Part shown: in pieces, positions 45,601 to 55,155 of the stretch
How positions within the stretch are numbered: position 1 is the first letter of the stretch
Layout: each line of letters starts with the position of its first letter
NCBI GenBank assembly: GCA_035553355.1
Contig: DATMJW010000124.1
Coordinates: 13,209-77,208 of the forward strand
Length of the DNA: 64,000 nucleotides
DNA from: Gaiellaceae bacterium
GTDB taxonomy: Bacteria > Actinomycetota > Thermoleophilia > Gaiellales > Gaiellaceae
Direction: 5' to 3'
Position numbers and translations under genes: made by a program
Notes under the pieces: generated by a model
What the model was told of the DNA's origin: nothing
Seen by the model: only the letters and a program-made list of their open reading frames with translations
Database searches by the model: none

Positions 45601-46023
45601 ATGAGACGCGTCTTCCTGTGGCTACAGCTCGTCTTCGCGACGATCGTGATCGTCGGCGTCTGGCTCCAGGTCTACCTGATCGCGTCGTTCTTCTTCGGCG
45701 CGGACGGCGCGCTCGACGCGCACGAGACGGTCGGCTACACCGCCGTCCACTTCGCCGAGATCCTCGCCTTCCTCACGGGCATCGGCGCGTGGTGGCGGAA
45801 CTGGGGGCGCGTCGGCCACTCGTTCGGGCTCGCGCTCGTCGGGACGGTGCAGATCTTCCTGACCGGTGCCGAGGAGTGGGTCGGCGGCCTGCACGGCCTG
45901 CTCGCGCTCGTCGTGCTCGTGATGGCGGTGACGCTCGCGAAGTGGGCGACCGAAGAGCTCGGCTTCAGGCGTGGGCGCGGCGGTGGCGGCGCAGATAGCG
46001 AAGCGCCTCGACCGCTGCCGTAA
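45601..46023 (+). CDS. Small integral membrane protein (about 4 TM), unknown function
   Basis: ATG 45601 within track ORF 45310..46023. MRRVFLWLQLVFATIVIVGVWLQVYLIASFFFG... The 3' end overlaps convergent dedA by 59 nt. Confidence 0.5.
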   Translation: MRRVFLWLQLVFATIVIVGVWLQVYLIASFFFGADGALDAHETVGYTAVHFAEILAFLTGIGAWWRNWGRVGHSFGLALVGTVQIFLTGAEEWVGGLHGLLALVVLVMAVTLAKWATEELGFRRGRGGGGADSEAPRPLP

Positions 46024-46567
46024 CCGCGATCGCGATCCCGAACGCAAGCAGGAGCCCCTTCCACGGCTGCTCCTCGAACGAGCGGCCGCCGAAGTAGCCG
46101 AGCAGCACCGAGTACGACCCCCAGATCAGGCCTGCGAGGACGTCCCACTTGAGGAAGCGCCGCCACGGGAACGTCTCGACGAAGCCGGCGGTGAAGGTGG
46201 TCGCGGTGCGGCCGCCCGGGATGAACCGCGCGACGAGGATCAGGTAGCCGCCGCGCTCGTCGAGCATCCGCCGCGCCCAGTCGAGCCGCCGCTGCGCCTT
46301 CTCGCCCTTGAAGAAGCGGCGCTCCAGCCGCTCCCCGAGGAAGTGCCCGGCGCCGAACGAGATGTTGTCCCCGACGATCGCACCGGCCGCCGCCGCGAGG
46401 ATGCAGAGCTCGACGCTGAGGCCGCCCGTGCCGGCCACGACGCCGGCCGTGATGGCGGTCGCCTCGCTCGGGACGGCCGGGAAGAACGCGTCGATCGCCG
46501 CGACCGCGAAGACGACGACGTAGCTCCAGTCGGAGCCCGAGACGGCCTCGACGAACGCGTGGAACAT
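45965..46567 (-). CDS. dedA: DedA-family membrane protein
   Basis: ATG 46567. ...FFPAVPSEATAITAG..., LVARFIPGGRTATTFTAG. 200 aa. Confidence 0.85.
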   Translation of the reverse strand: MFHAFVEAVSGSDWSYVVVFAVAAIDAFFPAVPSEATAITAGVVAGTGGLSVELCILAAAAGAIVGDNISFGAGHFLGERLERRFFKGEKAQRRLDWARRMLDERGGYLILVARFIPGGRTATTFTAGFVETFPWRRFLKWDVLAGLIWGSYSVLLGYFGGRSFEEQPWKGLLLAFGIAIAVTAAVEALRYLRRHRRAHA

Positions 46568-46601
46568 CGAGACATGCTCGCAGAGCCGCGATAGTTGGCG
46601 T

Positions 46602-47774
46602 ATGACCTTTGCGCCGCTCGCCGGAGTCCGCGTCGTCGACCTCACGAGCTCGCTCGCCGGCCCGACCGCGACGGCGATCCTGGCGTCGATCGGCGCGGAC
46701 GTCGTCAAGATCGAGCGGCCCGGGTGCGGCGACGAGGCGCGCGCGTGGGGGCCTCCGTTCTGGGAGGGCGGGAGCGTGATGTTCTTCGGCGCGAACCCGG
46801 GGAAGCGGTCGGTGGCCGTCGACCTGAAGGCGCCGGAGGGACGCGAGATCCTGCTGCGGCTCGTCGACCGCGCCGACGCGGTCGTCGCGAGCCTCCGCCC
46901 GGGAGCAGCCGACCGGCTCGGGATCGGCGCCGCGACGCTGCGCGCGCGGAACGGGCGGCTCGTGCACGCGACCGTCGGCGCGTTCGGCGCACGCGGGCCA
47001 CTCGCAGGTGAGCCCGGGTACGACCCGTTGATGCAGGCCGCGGCGGGGATCATGAGCATCACGGGAGAACCCGAGCGCGCGCCGGTTCGCGTCGGCGCGT
47101 CGCTCGTCGACATCGGGACCGGCCTGTGGACCGCGCTCGCGGTCGTCTCGGCACTGTTCGAGGGTCGCGGCCGCACACTCGACCTGTCGCTCTACGAGAC
47201 CGCCGTCGCGCTCGTCCCGTACCAGCTCGCCCACGTCCTCGCAGGCGGCGCTGCGCCGCGACGGTCGGGCACTGCGTTCCCGCTGATCGCGCCGTACCGC
47301 GTGTTCGCGACGAGCGACGGCGAGCTGATGCTCGCGGCGGCGAACGACCGGCTCTTCGCCGCCCTGTGCGACGCGCTCGAGCTTCCGGAGGTCGCGCGTG
47401 ATCCGCGGTTCGCGACGAACCCGCTGCGCGTCGAGCACCGCGAGGCGCTCGACGCCGCGCTCGCGGCGCGACTGCGGACGTTTCGGACGGACGACGCGCT
47501 CGGCCGTCTGCGCGCTGCGGGCGTGCCCGTCTCGCCCGTCAACGACCTCGCGGCGGTGGCGGCCGACGAGCAGCTGCACGCGACGCAGATCCTGCAGGAC
47601 GTCGCCGGCAGGCGCGTCGTCTCGCCGCCGCTGACCGTCGACGGCGAACGTGTGCGCTACCCGTCGGCGCCGCCGCTCCTCGGCGAGCACACGCGCGAGG
47701 TCCTCGCGGAGCTCGGCTACACCGGCGGCGAGATCGACGCGCTCGCGGCCGCCGGAGTCGTCGCGGCTCGCTGA
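46602..47774 (+). CDS. Class III CoA-transferase (CaiB/BaiF family)
   Basis: 390 aa. LAGVRVVDLTSSLAGPTA, DVVKIERPGCGDEAR, GYDPLMQAAAGIMSITG. Confidence 0.9.
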   Translation: MTFAPLAGVRVVDLTSSLAGPTATAILASIGADVVKIERPGCGDEARAWGPPFWEGGSVMFFGANPGKRSVAVDLKAPEGREILLRLVDRADAVVASLRPGAADRLGIGAATLRARNGRLVHATVGAFGARGPLAGEPGYDPLMQAAAGIMSITGEPERAPVRVGASLVDIGTGLWTALAVVSALFEGRGRTLDLSLYETAVALVPYQLAHVLAGGAAPRRSGTAFPLIAPYRVFATSDGELMLAAANDRLFAALCDALELPEVARDPRFATNPLRVEHREALDAALAARLRTFRTDDALGRLRAAGVPVSPVNDLAAVAADEQLHATQILQDVAGRRVVSPPLTVDGERVRYPSAPPLLGEHTREVLAELGYTGGEIDALAAAGVVAAR

Positions 47775-47815
47775 GCCACGTTTGCGCCGGCGCGTCTGCG
47801 GCGAGGACGTACTCC

Positions 47816-48505
47816 ATGGAAGCAGCGTCGGTACCGAGGTCGCATCGCCGCTTCCGCCCCACCTGGAAGGCGCCCGTCGCGCTCGCGCTCTACCTGACGG
47901 CGGCATGGGTCGCCGGGTCGCTCGTGGCCGGCGCCGGGACGCTCTCGCTGCCGTCGTTCGGGAACGGGCAGCAGGTCACGCAGGGGGCGATCGGCCCGAA
48001 CCCGTCCGACCTGGCGCTGACGACGATCGCCACGCGCGCGTCGCGGAGCGTCGTCGAGGTCGGTGCCGCGAAGGGCTTCGTCGCTTGGACGGCCAACGGG
48101 CTCAGCCTCGTCCTCACCGCCCGCCCCGCGGGCGGGTGGCAGACGGGCGACGGCCGCAGCGTGACGGTGGCCGCCGCGGGGACCGAGTACGAGGGGACGC
48201 TCGTCCGCGCCGACCCGAAGACCGGCCTCGGGCTCGTCCGCGTGCGCGGCGACCTCGGCCGCCCCCTCTGGCAGCAGCGCGCCGCGACGGAGCTGTCGCC
48301 GGGCGACCGCGTCGCGATCGCCGCGCGCCCGGAGCCGCAGCTCTTCAGCGTCGCCGCCGCCCGCCACAACGCGATCTGGGGCGCACCCGCGGGCGCGGAT
48401 CCCGGTCAGCCGGTACTCGCGGAGGACGGTCGCGTCGTCGGCGTCACCACCGGCGGCCGCGTCGTCCCGATCGGCCGCGCGTGCGGCCCGATCAGGCGCT
48501 GCTAG
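47816..48505 (+). CDS. Membrane-anchored trypsin/HtrA-like domain protein, apparently lacking the catalytic triad
   Basis: 229 aa, TM anchor, GAGGA SD. By-eye alignment: LTARPA for LTNAHV, DPKTGLGLVRV for D..DLA.L, GADPGQPVL for GNSGGPL. Confidence 0.5.
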   Translation: MEAASVPRSHRRFRPTWKAPVALALYLTAAWVAGSLVAGAGTLSLPSFGNGQQVTQGAIGPNPSDLALTTIATRASRSVVEVGAAKGFVAWTANGLSLVLTARPAGGWQTGDGRSVTVAAAGTEYEGTLVRADPKTGLGLVRVRGDLGRPLWQQRAATELSPGDRVAIAARPEPQLFSVAAARHNAIWGAPAGADPGQPVLAEDGRVVGVTTGGRVVPIGRACGPIRRC

Positions 48506-49349
48506 GAAAGCCGCCGGCGCGGTGGACGCGCCCCGGCAGCTCGCGCCCGAGCAGCTCCTCGAGCCAGCGCGCGACGCCGATCACGGCATCCAGGTCGGCT
48601 CCCGTCTCGACGCCTTCGCGGTCGAGCAGGTAGAGCACGTCCTCGGTGGCGACGTTGCCGGTCGCCTTCGGCGCGAAGGGACAGCCGCCGAGACCGCCGA
48701 CCGATGCGTCGAGCACCGTCGCGCCCGCTTCGAGCGCTGCCCAGGCACACGCGACGCCGGTGTGCCGCGTGTCGTGGAAGTGCGCGCCCGCTGCGCCGGA
48801 CCGCGCGACGAGCCGTTTCACCGCGCCCGGCGTCGCGACGCCGATCGTGTCGGCGAGCACCACCTCGGCGCTTCCGAAGCGCTGCGCCAGCTCCGCCACC
48901 GCCCCCTCGTCGACCTCGCCCTCGAACGGACAGCCGAACGAGCAGCTCACCGTGACGGTGACAGGACGGTCCGCGGCGGCGACGACCCGCTCGACGCGCG
49001 CTGTCGCCTCCGCGAGCGTCGCGTTGCCGTTCCGGAGGTTGAAGCTCTCCGTCGCCGCGAGCGTCACGTTCACGCGGTCGAGCGACGTGGCCGCGAACCG
49101 GTCGTAGCCGCGCTCGTTCAGCACGAGGCCGGAGAGCTCCGCCTCGACCTCCCCGGCCGCGGCGACCACCTCCTCCGCCCCCGCCATCTGCGGGACGCGC
49201 TCGGCGTTGACGAAGCTGACCGCCTCGACCCGCGGCAGCCCCGCCGCCGCGAGCCTGCGCACGAGCTCCGCGCGCACCGCCGGGGGCTGCGCCTCCGGCT
49301 CGTTCTGGAGCCCGTCCCGCGGCCCGACGTCGCAGAGCGTGACGCGCAC
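48492..49349 (-). CDS. Hydroxymethylglutaryl-CoA lyase family
   Basis: 285 aa. CDVGPRDGLQNE, ...HFHDTRHTG..., GLGGCPFAPKATGNVATED. Confidence 0.9.
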   Translation of the reverse strand: MRVTLCDVGPRDGLQNEPEAQPPAVRAELVRRLAAAGLPRVEAVSFVNAERVPQMAGAEEVVAAAGEVEAELSGLVLNERGYDRFAATSLDRVNVTLAATESFNLRNGNATLAEATARVERVVAAADRPVTVTVSCSFGCPFEGEVDEGAVAELAQRFGSAEVVLADTIGVATPGAVKRLVARSGAAGAHFHDTRHTGVACAWAALEAGATVLDASVGGLGGCPFAPKATGNVATEDVLYLLDREGVETGADLDAVIGVARWLEELLGRELPGRVHRAGGFPSSA

Positions 49350-49351
49350 CG

Positions 49352-49558
49352 CTACGCGGGGGGCGCCGGCCGGAGCCGCTCACGCGCCGCGTAGATCGCC
49401 AGACCGACCCCGATCGCGGCGATCGCCCAGAACTGCCACGAGAACCCGCCGGCGAGCAGCAACAGGAGGGCGAGGATCAGGTCGACGGCGGCGAAGACGA
49501 GCAGGATCGTCGACAGCCCCGCAGGGGCCGGCTTCGCCGCGGGGCGATCGTCGTCCAC
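49352..49558 (-). CDS. Small (68 aa) two-TM membrane protein
   Basis: Hydrophobic core LSTILLVFAAVDLILALLLLLAGG...IAAIGVGLAIY. Sits 2 nt upstream of the HMG-CoA lyase start. Coding status unverified. Confidence 0.4.
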   Translation of the reverse strand: MDDDRPAAKPAPAGLSTILLVFAAVDLILALLLLLAGGFSWQFWAIAAIGVGLAIYAARERLRPAPPA

Positions 49559-49576
49559 GCCGCGCAGCCTAGCCGT

Positions 49577-52138
49577 CTACTCGTACTGCAACGCCTCGAG
49601 CGGGTTCAGCCGCGCGGCGCGGCGTGCCGGGAAGATCGCCGCGATGATCCCGACCACGATCGTCAACAACGCGAAGACGACGATCTGGACGATCGGGAGC
49701 GAGAAGTCGATGAACTCGACGCGCGCGACGAGCAGCGCGCCGAGGACGATCCCGAGCACGATGCCTAGCGCGCCGCCGATCAGCGCCGTGATCACGCTCT
49801 CGTGCCGGATCATCCGCCGCACCTGCCGCCGCGTCATCCCGATCGCGCGGAGCATGCCGAGCTCGCGCGTCCGCTCGAAGACCGTGAGCACGAGCGTGTT
49901 CACGATCCCGAAGAGGCTGACGACGACCGACAGCGCGAGCAGCACGTAGAGGATGTTGAGGACGGACGAGAGGCCGCTGATCTGGTTGTCCACGAACTCG
50001 TCGCGCGTCTGCGCCTTCGCGTTCGGGAACGCCTCGAGCGCCGCGGCGAGCGCGGCCGTGTTCTCGTCGGTCGCGCCACCCCGCGTCTCGATGAACGAGT
50101 AGAGGTTCCGAGGCGAGTCGTAGTTCGCGTCGAACGTGTCGGCGGAGAACGTCACGGGGCCGAACGGCGAGCCACCCGTCGGGGGCTCGAAGATCGCGCG
50201 CACCTCGAGCTCGATCGTCTTCCCGGCCGGTGTCAGGAGCTCGATCGGCGAGCCGACGGCGAGACCGTGCTCCTCCGCGAAGCCGTCGTCGACGAACGCG
50301 CCACGCGGGCCGAGGTTCCCGAAGATCGCCTGCGACCCCTCGACCCACGTCAGCTCCATGACGCGGTCGATGTCGTCCGTGACGGCGGTGATGAACTCCG
50401 GCTCGCCGAAGACCTGCGCCTCGGCCGTGCGGACGCTGCCGACTGCCTCCACGCCCGGCACCTGCGCCGCCGCCTCGGCGGCCGCGACGGGGATCGGCGA
50501 GAAGTTGTTCTGCGCCGTGATCGCGTAATCGCCGCGAAAGAGCTCGTCCACCGACTCGGTGAAGGTCGACGTGATCCCCTTCGCGAGCACCGCGACGAGA
50601 GTCACGAGCGCGAGGCCGATCATCAGCGCGGCGGCCGTCGACGCCGTCCGCTGCGGGTTCCGGCGGGCGTTGTCCCGCGCGAGGCGCCCGGCTGCACCGC
50701 CGATCCGGGTGGCCGGCCAGCCGACGGCGTACGCCACCGGCCGCACGATGCGCTGCGCGAAGAGGGCGACGCCGACGAAGATCAGCAGCGCGCCGAGGCC
50801 CATCCACGCGAGAAGCTGCGTCGTGCCGAGGTCGTCGCCGAAGAGGCCGTAGGCGAGCGAGGCGAAGCCGAGCGCGATCGTGAGGACCGAGCCGACGGCG
50901 CGGAAGCGCGCGAAACGCGGTTCCGGGAGCGTCGCGCCCTCGCGCACCGCCGCGATCGGCGGCACGCGGGTCGCGCGGATCGCCGGCCGCAGGCTCGCGA
51001 GGAGCGTGACGACGATCCCGACGAGGAGCGAGACGACGACCGTCCGCGTCTCCAGCAGGAGCCCGCTGTTCGGGAGCGTGAAGCCGACGGCGTCGAAGAT
51101 GCCGAAGAGGAGCTTCGCGAGGCCGAGCCCGGCGAAGAGGCCGACGACCGAGGCGAGGGTGCCGACGACGAGCGCCTCGAGCACGATCGAGCCGAGCACC
51201 TGCCGGCGGGAGCCACCGAGCGTGCGCACCGTCGCGAACTCGCGCGTCCGCTGCGCGATCGTGATCGCGAGCGAGTTCGCGATCACGAACGACCCGACGA
51301 AGAGTGCGATGCCCGCGAAGGCGAGCAGGAACCCGCGCAGGAAGGTGATGAACTCGTTCGTCTCGGTCGCGTCCTCCTGAGCCTGCTGCATGGCCGAGAC
51401 GACGCGGGTGGTCTCGGGCAGCACCTCCTCGAGTTCTGCGATCAGCGCCTCGGGCTCGATGCCCGGTTCCGCCGCGACGGCGATCTCGTCGAGCTTGCCT
51501 TCCTTGTCGAAGAGGCGCTGCGCGGTCGGGAGGTCGAAGCCGGCGAGCGTCGCGCCGCCGATGCTGGCGCCGCTCGAGCCGAAGAGGACGATCCCGGAGA
51601 TCGTGAGCTGCTCGACCGGCCCCTCGGCCTGGACGCCGATGCGGTCCCCGACCGCGTAGCCCTCGCTTTCGGCCGTCTTGCGGTCGATCACGACCTCGTC
51701 CGGCCCGGGCCACTCGCCCGAGACCAGCGTGAGCGGGTTGAACGGCGACTCGGCGTTCGCGATCGAGAAGCCGAAGTTCGGCGCGCCGCCGGAGACGATC
51801 GCCTCGCCCTCGCGGTCGATCAGCTGGGTCGTCTCGTGGTCGACGCTGCCTTCCGCCTGCGCGACGCCGTCCACTGCGCGCACCCGCTCGAGCAGGGCCT
51901 CGTCGAACGGTGGCGCGCTCGCGCCGCTGCCCTCGGTGATGTCGAAGGCGGAGCGCCCGGTCACGATCGCCGTGGCGCCCTCGCGGACGTCCGTGAAGAT
52001 CGAGTTGAAGGCCTCGTCGATCGAGTCCGTGAGGACGTACGTGCCGCTGACCATCGCGACGCCGAGGACGATCGCGATCGCCGTCAGCGCCGTCCGCAGC
52101 TTGCGCGCCAGGAGCCCCTTGAGCGCGAAGCGGATCAT
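49577..52138 (-). CDS. MacB/FtsX-type ABC transporter permease (duplicated FtsX domains)
   Basis: ATG 52138 (ATGA overlap). [26 protein letters not shown]..., two FtsX-like 4-TM bundles with large extracytoplasmic domains. 853 aa. Confidence 0.85.
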   Translation of the reverse strand: MIRFALKGLLARKLRTALTAIAIVLGVAMVSGTYVLTDSIDEAFNSIFTDVREGATAIVTGRSAFDITEGSGASAPPFDEALLERVRAVDGVAQAEGSVDHETTQLIDREGEAIVSGGAPNFGFSIANAESPFNPLTLVSGEWPGPDEVVIDRKTAESEGYAVGDRIGVQAEGPVEQLTISGIVLFGSSGASIGGATLAGFDLPTAQRLFDKEGKLDEIAVAAEPGIEPEALIAELEEVLPETTRVVSAMQQAQEDATETNEFITFLRGFLLAFAGIALFVGSFVIANSLAITIAQRTREFATVRTLGGSRRQVLGSIVLEALVVGTLASVVGLFAGLGLAKLLFGIFDAVGFTLPNSGLLLETRTVVVSLLVGIVVTLLASLRPAIRATRVPPIAAVREGATLPEPRFARFRAVGSVLTIALGFASLAYGLFGDDLGTTQLLAWMGLGALLIFVGVALFAQRIVRPVAYAVGWPATRIGGAAGRLARDNARRNPQRTASTAAALMIGLALVTLVAVLAKGITSTFTESVDELFRGDYAITAQNNFSPIPVAAAEAAAQVPGVEAVGSVRTAEAQVFGEPEFITAVTDDIDRVMELTWVEGSQAIFGNLGPRGAFVDDGFAEEHGLAVGSPIELLTPAGKTIELEVRAIFEPPTGGSPFGPVTFSADTFDANYDSPRNLYSFIETRGGATDENTAALAAALEAFPNAKAQTRDEFVDNQISGLSSVLNILYVLLALSVVVSLFGIVNTLVLTVFERTRELGMLRAIGMTRRQVRRMIRHESVITALIGGALGIVLGIVLGALLVARVEFIDFSLPIVQIVVFALLTIVVGIIAAIFPARRAARLNPLEALQYE

Positions 52139-52881
52139 GCGTGGGTGAGCTCGCTGATCGCGGCCAGGATGTCGCCCTGGCTCGAGCGCGGCAGGTCCTT
52201 CACGATCAGGCCGTCGGCGAGGAAGAGGACGCGGTCCGCGATCGCGGCTGCGCGCGCGTCGTGCGTCACCATCACCATCGTCTGCCCGTAGCTGTCGACG
52301 GAGTCGCGCATCAGCTCCAGGATCTCGGCGCTCGTCGTCGAGTCGAGGTTGCCGGTCGGCTCGTCGGCGAAGAGCACCGTCGGCTGCGACACGAGCGCGC
52401 GCGCGATCGCGACGCGCTGCTGCTGGCCGCCGGACAGCTCGGCCGGCCGGTGGTGCAGGCGGTCTGCGAGGCCGACCTTCGCGACGAGGTCTGCGAAGAA
52501 CGCCTTGTCCGGCTTCTCGCCCGCGATCGACAGCGGCAGCGTGACGTTCTCCTCGGCGGTGAGCATCGGCAGGAGGTTGAAGAACTGGAAGACGAAGCCG
52601 ATGTGGCGGCGGCGCAGCTTCGTGAGGTCGCTGTCCTTGAGCGTTGTGATGTCCGTCCCGGCGATGCTGACGGAGCCGGAGGTCGGCTTGTCGAGGCCCG
52701 CCAGGATGTGCATCAGCGTCGACTTCCCGGAGCCCGAGGGCCCCATCACGGCCGTCAGCTTCCCGCGCTCGATCTCGAGCGAGACGCCGCGCAGCGCGTC
52801 GACTGCGGTGTCTCCCGCGCCGTAGCGGCGGGTGACGCTCTCTGCGACGACGACGGCGCCGCCCGTGTTGCCGTTCTGCAT
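52135..52881 (-). CDS. MacB/LolD-type ABC transporter ATP-binding protein
   Basis: ATG 52881 with [43 protein letters not shown]. Confidence 0.9.
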   Translation of the reverse strand: MQNGNTGGAVVVAESVTRRYGAGDTAVDALRGVSLEIERGKLTAVMGPSGSGKSTLMHILAGLDKPTSGSVSIAGTDITTLKDSDLTKLRRRHIGFVFQFFNLLPMLTAEENVTLPLSIAGEKPDKAFFADLVAKVGLADRLHHRPAELSGGQQQRVAIARALVSQPTVLFADEPTGNLDSTTSAEILELMRDSVDSYGQTMVMVTHDARAAAIADRVLFLADGLIVKDLPRSSQGDILAAISELTHA

Positions 52882-52935
52882 CGGTCCTCCTTCGCGGGTC
52901 ACGCGACGACCGTACCGGCGCGCGCGCGTCGGGCC

Positions 52936-52953
52936 GGTGCGGTTTCCCGCACC
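52936..52953. terminator. 7-bp hairpin GGTGCGG-TTTC-CCGCACC after the aminotransferase stop
   Basis: 18 nt downstream of stop 52972 on the minus strand. The T-rich flank is on the plus side only, so orientation is ambiguous. Confidence 0.3.
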
Positions 52954-52971
52954 TTTCGTTCGTGTGGGCGG

Positions 52972-54357
52972 TTAGGCGAGGCCGACGCGGCGGCCGGCCT
53001 CCGCGAGGACGTCGCCGAGGGTGCCCGCGATCTCGTCGAACTCCGCCTGCCCCGCCACGAGCGGCGGCGAGATCTGCACCACCGGATCGCCGCGGTCGTC
53101 GGCACGGCAGATGAGGCCGCGCGAGAAGAGCTCGCCGGAGAGGAAGCCGCGCAGCAGGCTCTCCGACTCCTCGTCGGTGAACGTTTCCCGCGTCTCCTTG
53201 TCCTTCACGAGCTCGAGCGCGTAGAAGAACCCGGTGCCGCGGACGTCGCCGACGATCGGGAGGTCGAGCAGCTGCTCGAGCGTCGCACGGAAGCGGCCCT
53301 GGTTCTCCCACACGTGCTCGACGACGCGCTCGCGCTTCATGATCTCGATGTTCTTGAGCGCGATCGCCGCCATCACCGGGTGGCCGCCGAAGGTGATCCC
53401 GTGCATGAAGGTCGAGCGGTCGGCGAGGAACGGCTCGATCACCCGTTCGTGCGCGATCACGGCACCGATCGCGGCGTAGGCGGACGAGAGGCCCTTCGCG
53501 CAGGTGACGAGGTCCGGGCGGATGTCGTACGTCTCGGAGCCGAACCACTTGCCGGTGCGCCCGAAGCCGGTGATCACCTCGTCCGCGCAGAGGAGGATGC
53601 CGTAGCGGTCGCAGATCTCGCGGACCCCCTGGAAGTACCCGGCGGGCGGCGTGAACGAGCCGCCTGCGTTCTGGACGGGCTCGAAGATCACCATCGCGAC
53701 CGTGTGCGGCCCGGCCGCCTCGATCGTCGCCTCGAGGTCGTCGAGCAGGAACGCCGTGAACTCCGCCTCCGTCTCCCCCTGGGGCCGGTGGTAGCGGTTC
53801 GTGTTCCGCACGTGCAGGACGTCCGGGACGAGCGGCTCGAACGGGTTCTTGAGCGCGGCGATCCCGTTGATCGAGAGCGCGCCCATCGTCGTCCCGTGGT
53901 AGGCGGTGCGGCGGGCGATCGCCTTCCAGCGGCGCTCGCCGCGCGCCGCGTGGTACTGGCGCGCGAGCTTCCACGCCGACTCGACGGCCTCGGAGCCGCC
54001 GGAGACGAAGAAGACACGGTTGAGGTCGCCCGGCGCGAGCGAAGCGACCTCCGCCGCCAGCTCGATCGCGCGGGGGTGGGCGTACGACCAGTTCGTGTAG
54101 AACGGCAGCTCCTTCATCTGCTCGTGCGCGGCGCGACCGATCTCGTCGCCGTACGAGTACCCGAGCTGCACCGCGAAGAGCCCCGCGAGCGCGTCGAGGT
54201 AGCGCTTGCCGTTCGCGTCCTCGAGGTAGCACCCCTCGCCGCGCACGATGATCGGCACGTCGACGTCGCGGTAGCCGCCCATCCGGGTGAAGTGCAGCCA
54301 GAGGTGGTCGCGGGCGAGCTGCTGGAGGTCGGGGGCGACGGGTGCGGTCGCGGTCAT
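52972..54357 (-). CDS. Class III (omega) aminotransferase, putrescine/GABA aminotransferase-like
   Basis: ATG 54357 (ATGA overlap with the potC stop). ...FFVSGGSEAVESAWKLAR..., LLCADEVITGFGRTGKWF, TCAKGLSS. 461 aa. Confidence 0.9.
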   Translation of the reverse strand: MTATAPVAPDLQQLARDHLWLHFTRMGGYRDVDVPIIVRGEGCYLEDANGKRYLDALAGLFAVQLGYSYGDEIGRAAHEQMKELPFYTNWSYAHPRAIELAAEVASLAPGDLNRVFFVSGGSEAVESAWKLARQYHAARGERRWKAIARRTAYHGTTMGALSINGIAALKNPFEPLVPDVLHVRNTNRYHRPQGETEAEFTAFLLDDLEATIEAAGPHTVAMVIFEPVQNAGGSFTPPAGYFQGVREICDRYGILLCADEVITGFGRTGKWFGSETYDIRPDLVTCAKGLSSAYAAIGAVIAHERVIEPFLADRSTFMHGITFGGHPVMAAIALKNIEIMKRERVVEHVWENQGRFRATLEQLLDLPIVGDVRGTGFFYALELVKDKETRETFTDEESESLLRGFLSGELFSRGLICRADDRGDPVVQISPPLVAGQAEFDEIAGTLGDVLAEAGRRVGLA

Positions 54358-55145
54358 GTGACTCCTTTCGCGCGGCGGTTCTGGAGGAGGACGCTCGCGA
54401 GCATCAGCCCGGCGGCGAGGACGAAGATGAGCGTCCCGAGGACGTTCACCTGCGGCGGCACGCCCACGCGGGCCGCGCCGTACACGTAGAGCGGGAACGT
54501 CACGGTCGCCCCCGCGTTGAAGACGGTGATCACGAAGTCGTCGACGGAGAGCGCGAACGCGAGCAGCGCGCCCGCGGCGACCCCGGGCGCGATCAGCGGC
54601 AGCGTGACGCGCGTGAACGTCGTCCACTCGTTCGCACCGAGGTCCATCGCCGCCTCCTCGAGATGACGGTCGAAGCCGACGAGCCGCGCCCGGACGGTCA
54701 CGACGACGAACGAGATGTTGAACATGATGTGGGCGAGCACGATCGTGCCGAAGCCGGTCGAGACGCCGAGGTTCAGGAAGAGCGTCAGGAGCGACGCGCC
54801 GAGCACGACCTCGGGCGTCGTCATCGGGAGGAAGATGAAGAGGTTCGTCGCGCCGCGGCCGCGGAAGGCGTAGCGCACGAGCGCGAGCGCGATCAGGGTG
54901 CCGAGCACCGTCGCCGCGAGCGACGAGAGGAGCGCGATCTGGATCGAGTTCCGCATCGCCTCCGAGAGCCCCGGCACGGCGAAGGGATCGCGCCAGTTCT
55001 CGAGCGTGAACCCCTGCCACGTGTAGTTGAAGCGGCCGGCGGGGTCGTTGAACGAGAAGAGCACGACGACCGCGATCGGCAGCAACAGGTACCCGAGAGC
55101 CGCGACGGCGAAGGCCGTGAGCGCGTGTCGGCGGACGAACGTCAC
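54354..55145 (-). CDS. potC: Spermidine/putrescine ABC transporter permease
   Basis: 263 aa, PotC-like EAAMDLGA motif. Confidence 0.85.
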   Translation of the reverse strand: MTFVRRHALTAFAVAALGYLLLPIAVVVLFSFNDPAGRFNYTWQGFTLENWRDPFAVPGLSEAMRNSIQIALLSSLAATVLGTLIALALVRYAFRGRGATNLFIFLPMTTPEVVLGASLLTLFLNLGVSTGFGTIVLAHIMFNISFVVVTVRARLVGFDRHLEEAAMDLGANEWTTFTRVTLPLIAPGVAAGALLAFALSVDDFVITVFNAGATVTFPLYVYGAARVGVPPQVNVLGTLIFVLAAGLMLASVLLQNRRAKGVT

Positions 55146-55155
55146 CCCGACCGCC

